DNA of 40,025 nucleotides from Perkinsus olseni (Eukaryota): NCBI GenBank assembly GCA_013115125.1, contig JABANN010000316.1, positions 1 to 40,025 of the forward strand, read 5' to 3'. Shown piece by piece: positions 23,751 to 40,025 of this stretch (position 1 is its first letter; each line of letters starts with the position of its first letter). The notes under the pieces were generated by a model. It saw only the letters and a program-made list of their open reading frames with translations, ran no database searches and was not told where the DNA came from. The position numbers and the translations under genes were made by a program.

Positions 23751-26700
23751 ATGTCCTCTGCTCCCTCCTCGCCAGGAGACACCGTCGGCCGAAGAATCGG
23801 CGAATCTTCAACACAACTCGTAATAGCGTTTTCGAGCGGCTGTCCATTTCCATCAACTTTTCTTCAGGTGGCGATGCCTCGGGAATTTGCTGAGCCTGAT
23901 ACTAAGAATTCCTCGGCGTTGGTGACGGCAGACGGAGCGAAGCTGGCGGGCTACAGCGTGAAGGAAATGGAGTTTTTGAGGAAGCCGCAGAAGGCGTTTC
24001 AACTGGGAAGGATACCGGCGAAGGCTTTGTAGTGATTGGTGTGGTATGGAATTTGATGGAAAATTCAGTGTTTTTTGCATAAGACAATAGCTAGATTTTG
24101 AGGAGGTCGATCTCCGCTTCAAGTACTGTAAAAATCAGGCCAAAATTATACTGAAAGTTGCTGAGATCTCCTCCTCAGCACGTTCGTACTGGTCGATACC
24201 GTGCGTCCGAAATATATTTTTTTTCATAATTTCTAAAATTGTCCGCATTATTTATTCTTTACTCTCTTATTCATGTGGTGTACTTCTATAGTAGTACTGA
24301 CCTTATCTTATTTAACATTCCCAACAAAATTAGCGTTTTATCATTCCACGTTGTGACAGCCTGATAATAATACAGCAGAGGTTCGAGCGAGCAAATTCGG
24401 AGTTGTTGCTATGCCTTCAATGGAAAGGAAAAAATCGGAAAAATGAGGAATTTTTCGGTTTTTCAGAGCCGAGGACGACTACGTAGCAGCGGCATCGTAT
24501 ATCATCGAGCGGGATTATTATCCGGACTTGAAGAGACTTCGTTTGGCCGAGCAAATTGCGAACGCTGAGAAGGAGGGGAAGGGGAGAGATCAACAGGTTA
24601 TAAAAAAGGGGGAAAATTTTCTGAGAAATATCGTATCTTTTTTGCATGTTTCGAGCTAGGATGGACGCTCGACATTTTTGGCCGGCATGGTTATTGCAGA
24701 CCAATCAGGATACCAGCAGTGACCACCAGTGATAGTCACCAGCTGAACGCTAGGCTTCGATCGATTTTAATCGGATGATATCTTTATTCGGATTTCACGG
24801 AAAGGGAAAAATTAAAATTTTAGATATTTCTGATGATTCTGGGTAGGGCATCAGTTTGAGTTAGTATGAGCGATCAATTGGAATACGTTTTCAGGTGGTG
24901 GCCCTCCGTCAAGAGCTCCTTCGATTGACCCCAGTTACTCCCGGAATCAACGCTCGTAGTGCTGCAATGAATTACACGCCGGGAGCTCCGAAGAGGAGGG
25001 AAGGTAGAGGGATGAATTTCGTGGCGCGCGGTCAAATCTGGATTCGGGACTTCTTTGTGACAGATGGAGCGATGAAAGCACTTCCGGGCGAAATTGACGG
25101 TTCGTCGTCTTCGAGCTCATCGGGTGTGATGGCAAGCGGCGGGGCGAGCCACTTTTGTACGGGCCAGGAGATAGTTGATCTTACTGGGCGAAGGTAGTAT
25201 CTTAGGTTGATACTGGCATGATACGAGTGTGGTTGCTATCAGTATCGATTCCCGTACCAAGGAGTTGGTGGATATGTCCTTGGCGAGCGGGAAGGGCGTT
25301 GTGGTCGATCTGGGCGTCCGGCTGGACCAATTTCATTCGAGGTGATGATAATGGGGAAAATATGGAATTAGGTTTCTATTCTCTCGTGTTGCTATCACGG
25401 ATATGTTTTTTCTGCTCGGAAAATTATTTCTTTTAAATGCGTTTCACTCGTGTAATTATTCGTCGAATATTTTCTCTCGACATTTTTGTTCAATTCGGCT
25501 GTCTGCAGCTCGACGGCTGTCACTTCTGGATTTTAAGATTTTAACGAGCCTGTATACTCGTGCATTGGAAATGAATTTCTCGTTTTTTTCGGGAAAAAAA
25601 TTCTCAATTCCCCGCCGAGCTACATGGACTATCGCATGCCATCATCAACCTAAGATACGGTTCAGAAGACAACGCGGCCTTTCAATCAGCATACGAGGAG
25701 CACTTGAGTAAGAAGAGAGGCGAGCAGAGTTGGATCGAGGACCAGGCCAACTCCCACAACGTGAGTGGTCATGGCCGCCGTTCAACTCTTTCTTATCTTG
25801 TGACAGAATAGCAGAAAAATTCATGGTGTAATTTTCGTGCTGGTTCCCCATTAACGACGGATTTTTTCCCGGAAATCTTCATTTGTTGTCATCTATTAGG
25901 CGATGTTGGCGGACAAGCGAGAAGCGGCTGCGCTGGGGCAGAAGGTGGAGGGAGTGGCGCTGGCCCTGAACTCGTCGGCAGCTGTTGCACGTACGTTGAG
26001 GAATTGCAAGATCGGGCAAGATTTGCAAGATTTTCAGGCAACCCTCTGCTGTTCAATAGTAACGGGTTACAGAAACAGCCTTTTATGTTTGAGAATAAAC
26101 CGGATAATGTTAATACCAGATTTCACACGTCCGATTACGAGAGGGACAGTACTGAGGTAAAACGGTGGGGAAAATGGGTGAATAATTCCGGTATTTGATC
26201 GAGAGGGGGGAGCGTACAGTCGGCAGAGTGAGGCCTTTATTCCATCGCTTTGCAGCAGCAGCAGCAGCTGGGGGTCGACGCAACACTCGCGTACTGGCTC
26301 ATTGGCACGTGGGATAGTAGCCCCATCGTTGCATCAGACCTTTTATTACGACATGTGTGTATGAGTTGAGCATGGTTCGTAGTTAAGTTGAGTGTTGAGT
26401 AGTTTCCCGGAATCCAGGAATTTCCGGAGCAGGCGTTGCAAGGGGACGGGTGCGATTGCGTTATGATTACGTGAACAATATTGAGGTGGAGTATCTTTCG
26501 TTCTGCGATGAACTAGCTTCGACTTCAGATACAGATGGAAAATCGTGCGAATGCTCGAGAGGAGAGTTTGAGGAGTCGGGATAATAACGACATGGCTGTT
26601 GCTGGACGGTTCGATGCTGCGAAGCCTGGCGGATACCTGGCCACCCCGACTATGGTAATACTGGACTGGTCGGGTTGAATTTGCCAAATCCCAAATTCAA

Positions 26701-29638
26701 CTTGGTATGTCCGGAACTTGTCCGATCGCTCGAATACGATTCACATATAGTTTGGACGGAGTCGGATCGATGTGCATCAGGAAGGCTTCTGGAGATCTTT
26801 GTGAGGGGCGGTGGAGGAATCTTTCTGGAAGGTTCTTTCGTGATTACCGACTTTTCGAGCGCAGGTTCCCGGTGTCGATGTCACACCAATAATGACATAT
26901 GGGCGGATAGCGAGTAATAATCATGGGGGTGTCGGCTTTAGAAATCTTCTCTCGGTCTGGGCTGGCGGCATAGAATTTTCCTGAAGAGGTGGTCATGAAA
27001 CGCGTTAACATGATTCGTGTAATGCATGCATCGAGATAAGATACGTGGATGAATATCTTACTTCTTCAGAGCTAGAGTACTTGATTGAGTCGTGCTTGAA
27101 TAATCAGGTACCCCCCTCCAGCTGGGGGCCTCTGCTGGGGGAGCTGCTGGCGAGGATGCTTTTAGTATACCGAAAGAGTCGGACAGGGAGCAGCTGGCCC
27201 ATCGATTGTTGGACGAGGAAAATCGGAAGAAAAAACGGAAAAGTGAGTGAGCCCATGGGTGAAGCTCATGGTTATTTTCGATAATGTTTTCGACAGCGGA
27301 AAAATTTTAGGAAATTCTCATCTTGCCTTCTGTCTTTGGTTTACATGTTCATTCGCGAGTTTCGCCAGGCAGTAGAGATGGACCCAGGCATGCTCAGCCT
27401 CTATGATACAGCCGCAATATCGATTACCCAGAAGCACGATGGATGATACAGGCCTGATGGAGCTCCTCCTCGCCTGTTATCACCCGAACTCGACAGGAGT
27501 TATACTGATAAGAGCCTCTATACTGATCTTTGATGAATACAACAGGAACAAATACTACCAGCGCTAGGGGACAAGTGGATTGTATGCCCAGTGGGCCCAC
27601 ACAATCACATCGCCGTGTCTTCGTATCACTCATAACAGGATAAGGAGGATTGTTGGTATGTGAAGGGAGACAGCGGAAAAGCAGTTACTACAACTGTCAC
27701 AGCTGCTTTGCCTTGCTACGTCGAAGCACAGCGTGACAGGCTGGCTGGGTGAAGGGATGGGAAAGGCTGCTGTTCGTGGATGGGAGGGATTTCTCATGAT
27801 CATATGCCTCCCGGTTTCACCTGCGCGAGAGCCTGCTGACAGTATGTTGCTGCAACATTGTTGCAATGCCCGCTGCGATTATCGCAGCGGAAGGCTGTTA
27901 TCTGCCGGTAATTCGAGCAGTCTCAGACTGCCAGTCTGGCACTTGGAGATTCGCTGGAGTGTCTCGGTACCTCTCTGGATCAGCTACCTGAATGCCTGTC
28001 GGCGTTGCTGTCGGTGAAGCAATGTCTCTACCTTCACCACCCCGTGGTAAACATGGGTATCCCCATTGGACATTTCCTCTCCTCCTCTCTAAGAACCGTA
28101 ACAGCATCCTCGAGAAGAATCGTCGCCGCAGCTGTGCATTGTGGTCGCAAAAAGAGTCCGTAAACTTCAGATGCTTTTCGTCGATGAAAGAGGCAATCCG
28201 AGCAACGTCTCACTGTACTTGACTGCACCCTTTAGGGTTCAACCTCTTTACGACCCGTAATGTGGGTAGGGCCAGGGTTGGCCGTAAGGGGCGGAGTAGT
28301 AGCCGGAGTATCGTGGCCCTTGCAAAATCTGGAGTCCTCAAGCAACAGACTGTCATCTTCGGTTGTACAATCGAGATATTTGAGGCCTTTTTGGGATCGC
28401 TTTACGATGTCCTACAAGACCAATCTCGAGGCTGACCCTTCCTCGTATGGTTCGACAACGGACCTTGCCACAATCGCGCTGAGGACAAGTGTGAAGAACT
28501 CGGCATTTACTGCATCGTATTTGGAGCTCTGAGGAGCACGAGATTCTTGACCGATTGATAGACGAGGGCGTGCTCGGTAACTGGGTCGCCATAGCCCGTC
28601 ACTTCTACGGCAAACGCGATCCCGATCATATTCGCGATAAGTTTCGTAGGCAGATAACAGCAGAGCTGACGCCAGTGATCATCACGACATACTTGTGGTG
28701 TCCCAAGATTGTAATAGTCCTGATGCCGAGATCTCGAATGAGTTTTGATCAGACTTTTCTGTGTCGCCCGTCTTCTTTTCTAATTTCTATCCGGAAGGGA
28801 GCCCGTTGGTTGCCCTGATGGTATCATTTTGCAGAATTGGAATTCTGCAGGGGGAGACGAACCAGCGTCATCGGTTCGGGATCCCTCAATGTTTGAAAAT
28901 GATGGGAATTTTTGTACAGAATTCATGAAATTTTACCCGAGCAAAATTTTGACGTAGGGTCTTCATCAGGTGAAGCGCCCTCACAGTTAGCGGTGGAGAT
29001 GAGCCGACGGCAGAGCGCGAGGAGTATCTTAGGTCGAAGCAGCCGATCTTCGATTAGGTCGACCATCGGGGCGGATACTCCGGGGGTAGGAGGGGATCTT
29101 TTGGAGTTGAATTTTCAGTAGCCGAGGGATTTTCTGCGGGAAAAATGGTATTTTTACGACCTTGGTAGTGGTATCTGATAACTCTGTTCTCTCATTTCCC
29201 GTGGGGAAAGGGGAGAAAAATTCCTGCGAACGATGTAGAAAATGGGTAATTTTTCCCGGATGAGTGGCAATTTCGTGACAGATTTTTCGTGGTGGGATGT
29301 CGTCGTCGAGGAGCCGAATGAAGGAAGAACCGGGGACGAAGAGAAGACGCGGTGCTGGAGGTGAGTTATTGGGTATCTTAGGTTGACCATGGGTTCATAC
29401 GGAAATTCATCCGTAGTGCGGATTCGATAGTCTACGGAATTTATAATTTTTGCATTTTCTCGCATACCGTAAATTACGTAACTCACCGTCGTTTTCAGGT
29501 GGATCGTTGCTGGCAAGTGTCCTCTCATCCGAGCGCAATATAAAGCGTCAAGAAGCACCGCCAACCCGAGCGGAGATACCAAAATCGCCGCCACCGCCCG
29601 CGGCCGAGTCCTCATCTCTCACAGACGGTCTTCTGTAG
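23751..29638 (+). CDS. ESS2: Splicing factor ESS-2/DGCR14 (Es2) homolog, multi-exon
   Basis: Exons encode EDDYVAAASYIIERDYYPDL, LDQFHSRYGSEDNAAF, NPLLFN...NTRF, TPIMTYGRIASTPLQL, FSIPKESDREQLAHRL and C-terminal SLTDGLL, matching the ordered Es2 family motifs. Confidence 0.85.
27330..28800 (-). mobile_element. Decayed insertion in the long ESS2 intron (27243-~28957), possibly retroelement-derived
   Basis: About 1.5 kb lacking the A/T-run texture of neighbouring introns; broken minus-strand frames weakly reminiscent of LTR integrase C-terminus; no termini found. Confidence 0.3.
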
Positions 29639-29922
29639 CGGACTGCTGCTGTTTTGTTGTGTTTGAGGAGGAGGGCTAGGCGAATTTCGTGGCGCGCGGT
29701 CGTTGTCATCACCACCTCTGAACCCATGCGTTGACTAGCGTACGGTTTGGGTACGGTCTGGTATTTTCGTGGCGCGCGGTCATGATCAGTGATGGATTAG
29801 CTAGCGTGAGGTGGGTGGATTGGGTAATTTCGTGGCGCGCGGTCATGGCTATGATCATGATCATAATCATCATCAGGTTTGTTGACGTTTTTTCCTCCTA
29901 TTGGTCGTCCTTTGCGTAGTTG

Positions 29923-35750
<5,828 letters not shown>

Positions 35751-36827
35751 GGAAATTTGCGGCGGCCAGATTTTCCTGGAATTAATATTTTTACTGTTGG
35801 GGAATTTTCGCGATCTTCATTCTGCATAAGTTCGCTCTTGATGTAAAAGATGTGGGCATCCAGAGTTCTATTCCGGCGAGAGGCGTTTTTCGGCACCCAA
35901 AAAATACGTCCGGAGAAGATATTCTTTTTCCAATTTATTAGGAATTTGTGCATCTACCAGAGGCACGCCGAGAAGCAGCGTCGTCACCCTTCGGCCGAGT
36001 CAGCGATCGACATCCGCGGAGGGAGAACCAGTCCAGGTGATAGAGGGGAGGGTACAGGAAGGGGGTTTAGGGTTTATTTTTTATCAGCAATTCTTGAGGA
36101 GAATGCGGACGTGGCCCGTGTTTTACCCGCTGTATGGCTCCCTTGGGCTGCTTCCGTCCTACGAGGATTATAATTATGATTGTTAATGCCATACCACAAC
36201 TTCACCAAATCGCGTTTGCTGTTGATCTCATACCGCACCTCTCCCAGATCCCAGTTGCTATTTTCAATATTTGCTATGTTTCTCCTATTCCTACAACAAT
36301 GTTATCTATCAGTCTCTGAGCGGCAGATTCGCAAATCGATCAGTCGGGCGAGCGCGGTTTGCTTCACCCTGGCTGCGTTTATTCCTGCTAGCCAGAGACT
36401 TGTTTCTGTTCATTTGTATTTAGCGAAGCGAAGCGGTGAATGTTTGCATATTTTCGTACGGGAATTGTTTGGGTCGTCTGTTGTTCGGATCCGTCACGCG
36501 CCACGAAATTATCGAGGCGCGTCGCTAGTTCAGCGATTATTGTGGCCGTTACTTGACTTGGCCAGATTGCTTGAAGGTGCATCATCGCCGTACCACTCCT
36601 TCGCGAACTTTCGGTTTGTAGTGATAGTAGTCTACCGTGTATCATTCTCGGATTATGTTATTCTTCTTTATTCGAGTTGCGAAAAAGTTGGTATCAGAGA
36701 GGATGTACAGTAGTCTTAGTGAGGAAAGGAAAAGGCGAATTTACTTTGAGTTTGTTAATAGTGCGAGGTCGACCCGTGCTTTTCACGGAAAAAAAGATAC
36801 GCACGGCGGTGACAGTGCAACCCCATT

Positions 36828-39800
36828 ATGGTGTCTGCTGCCACTGCTGTGCTCGATCAGGTTATGGGGGTAATGTCCACTCCTTGGCGTCATTCAGAGG
36901 AAAGTTGTGAGAATTTTGGTATGACTGCGCCGCCGTCTCTGCCGATCGATGCGACCTCCCCAGCAGCGGAAGATTCTCCGACTGAAGTTCTTCTGAGGGG
37001 ATTGCGAATTCACGAGAAAACCGGGGACATGACACCGGCCGCGGCCTTGGCGTTCTCTCATCATGAAGGCTTTGAAGCGGCAGATGGATCGACCACTCCG
37101 GTGATGATAGCGACGCCGAGAGTGATGGGAAATGATGGCGAGAAGCTGGGTGGGAGTGGTTGTCGAGGGCCAGCGAAGAGGATCACCAGGATTCACAGCA
37201 TACCGTCAGAATCGTAGTAAAGGGTGGAAAAGGGGGAATTTTCGGGGAATTTTTTGAATTTTTTTGGGCGAATTTTAGGAAAATTTTGTTGGTATGGGCA
37301 GAGTAGGAGGAGGAAGTTTATTCCTCTTTCACAGTGAATTTTCGTGCTGTTTTTATGATTTGTTACCTCGCTTAGGAAACGGGGTTCGTCCGAATTTTGG
37401 AAAGGAGATTTTGGGGAGTTTTGGATTTTCGTCAAAATCGTTGCATATTATTGTAGAGATGAGTAGACGAGGAGCGTTCGGTTCCCGCGAAGGGGGTGGA
37501 GTTTTACGCTTTTTTGCCGTTTTTCATGATTTTTTAAATCGATCCCAAGAAGGGGACCGGGAAAAAATAGATTTTTCCTTGGTCATGCTGAATATTTTGG
37601 TGATCTGCCGAAAAATTTATGGGCGTGTCACTACGTGATGGCACTGCGTCGGTTGTCTAATGTGTGTCGGATATTATGGAAACCGGCCGGGAATATTCCG
37701 AAAATTTTCCGGAAATTTTCGAAAGGTGGGAAATCTCTCTAAGAGTAGCTTTTCCTACAAGTAAGAAAATTTTGGCCGAACAAGGGGTATAATCGTGCGT
37801 GAATTATTCCGATTATTCAGATATCATGTCTATCAAGCACCCATGTTCCACCAATTAGTGTTAAAACCGTTTTATCAGCGGCATCCGATTTCAAATGTCG
37901 TGATGGGATTGGTCATGGGAACCTCGACGTAATAAAGGAGGGAATCTTAGGTCGATCATTGTAATTGACGGATATTTAGATACGCTCGTAGTAGCATCGA
38001 GGAGGGGGTTGGTAGACTTATTCGGGCATCTCATCTTCACACTGGCGGATTCATTTTGATACCGAATCCAAAATTTCATGAAGACCCGTCGATTGTTGCG
38101 GCCCTTGCTAAGAATTTACGGCGAGGAAGAGGTAGTGACTTCGGGAGGGTTTGGGAATTTCGTGGCGCGTGAAGGTGATACGGCTGGAAACCGTGCGCTT
38201 TTTTCTAAAGGGAAAATGGGCTGCTGGCATTTGTTGATGCGGTCTGATTTGTTTTGTGGAAAATTTCCCTTTTTCACAATTTTTTGGAAATTTATCGGAG
38301 AAATTTTTGCTGTTTTCTTCCGAGGAAATGCCTCCAGTAGCGATTAAGCAAGTGGGATATTTCAGTGAAAATGTACAGGGTATTTTTTATCGAAAATGAT
38401 TGCTATTTGTTTTTTTGGAAATTTCGGCGGAAATCGGGAAAATAAATTCACGTTGTGATCAGGTTTCGGCTCAGCGTCTTTTCGTTTTGTTGTCTGGTGG
38501 ATTCCCGAGAGCCTTTGGCACTTCGTCGAGGAGTGGGTCGGCCGAACGCTCAGCGAAGGGAGGCAGGAGGATTATGGAGATAATTGTGGTAGTATCTTTC
38601 GGCCTTATGAAGATACTTCTTCTCGATGTTGTGACAAATATTTTGCGTATATTGAGATTTGAATTTCGTGGCGAGCAGCCGTTAATGAAATATTCTCCTT
38701 CTAGGTACCCGAGGTTTATCAGGCCACTCAGGGGGTTACGAGGTGCGTCTGTGGCGATTATTTTATTATTTTTACGATTTTTCTATCAGTTTGTCGACAT
38801 TAATTCATTCGAGGACCTCCACACACCGATGGGCTCGCCCGGGGATTTCCGGTTCAGCGATGTTCCTAAGCCGTGTGAGGAAGAGTAGTACTGGGAGAGT
38901 TGCGCATGGTGTGGTATCGAGCTGACTTTACATTCAGATCGGTAGTACCGATTCGGTACGTATGATAGACTATGATTAATAGATTGACTCGTTCGATCTG
39001 ATAGAAACTGGCAGCTCGCAACATCTTTGCTGTGCGCAAATCAGATATCTTCATACCTATCGAGATTTGGATTCCCCCACGCATGTGGAGATGCTGCGGC
39101 ACTTGCTGGCTGAATGTCATCAGTTTTTGACGGATCTTTTGGGAGAAAATTTTGTTAGCGGAGCGAAGCTGAGCATGGGGTTCCATTATCCGGTCCGGAC
39201 GCAGTACTCAACGTTGCATATGCAGGTAGTAGCATGGGTATCTTAGGTTCATCATAGTGCTCCACGGACGCTTAAGATATCTTTGGTTGCTGATATTTTC
39301 CTAGTATTCTGCGGTTCATACGCAGTTGATGTTCATGAACAAGATTCCGAAATTCTGGCGTGGAACTACCGAGGAAAAGATACTCAGTTGAAACGTGAAT
39401 TAGTTACATGAATTGCCCTCATCTGACGGGCCTTCGATGAATAGTGCGACTACGAATGGGATTGAACTCGGATGGTGCGGTAGAAGGTTCAGTGTCTTAT
39501 CTGCTTCGCTGAATCGGATCTTCTTTTTCTCAAGATTCGAGTAAATTCTGGTGATGTGGTGAGTCGGGACGGGCGAGGAGTGGCAGCTCGGCACGTCTTG
39601 GCGGTTCTGGAGAGGGACCCGATGCACTACGCTCGAGATAACATGCCGCTCAGGTGAGCTGAAAAAGATTTTTTTTCGGAGAAAAATCCGCAGATTTTTT
39701 CATGAGTGGCTGTAACACATTTAAGAAGTGAGAATTTCCTTTGGTCATTTCAGTGGTTTCAGCAAGAGTAAAAAACATGTCGTAACGTTTCTTGGCTGGA

Positions 39801-40012
39801 ATTTAATTACAGAATTTCTCCCATCCCTTCTCTGGGATTCTCTTCCGACGGACAGATACGAAGTGACGGAGAATATCAAAATGAATCTCCTCGCTGCTGC
39901 TGAGCTGGATTCCACCGGAGATTCCACCGTCGGGGGTTCCCAAGGGGAAGAGGCGAACCAGGGTGACCGGCGTCCGGGCTATCTATTCAACTGCATTGGA
40001 TTGGGACAGTAA
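36828..40012 (+). CDS. DcpS-like (scavenger decapping) HIT-fold protein, multi-exon, divergent catalytic motif; 3' end uncertain
   Basis: Exons encode GFILIPNPKF, YRDLDSPTHVEMLRHLL, GFHYPVRTQYSTLHMQ, HVLAVLERDPMHYAR, colinear with DcpS motifs GFVLIPDLKW, RDL...HLPLLR, HY.PSYYHLHVH, LE.DP.HY. Confidence 0.7.
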
Positions 40013-40025
40013 GGTTAGCTAGGGA

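Noticed and set aside
36180-36713. 177-aa ORF as a gene
   Set aside because: No recognisable domain, composition like UTR/intergenic sequence, and it contains the dispersed words.

Overview
Eukaryotic, intron-rich genomic DNA. Gene content (CDPK, expanded secreted aspartyl protease, short GT-AG introns, very compact intergenic spacing) points to an alveolate, most resembling Perkinsus; this assignment is inference. The window has two compartments. Housekeeping blocks (1-~7 kb and ~21-40 kb) hold VPS41, an ABCG half-transporter, a short VTI1-like SNARE, ESS2/DGCR14, an apparent BTB-CDPK fusion and a DcpS-like HIT protein with an altered catalytic motif. An accessory block (~7-21 kb) holds a secreted aspartyl protease, hypothetical secreted proteins, a hAT-type MITE, decayed transposon sequence and a Helitron-type Pif1 pseudogene across an assembly gap. 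The most striking unexplained structure is (i) a small set of exact 12-14-mers (GTATCTTAGGTYGA, AATTTCGTGGCGC, GCGGAGCGAAGC) scattered in both orientations through the introns and even exons of the housekeeping blocks but not seen in the accessory block, and (ii) tRNA-derived fragments sitting inside several spliceosomal introns. All exon structures were assembled by eye and need RNA-seq confirmation.
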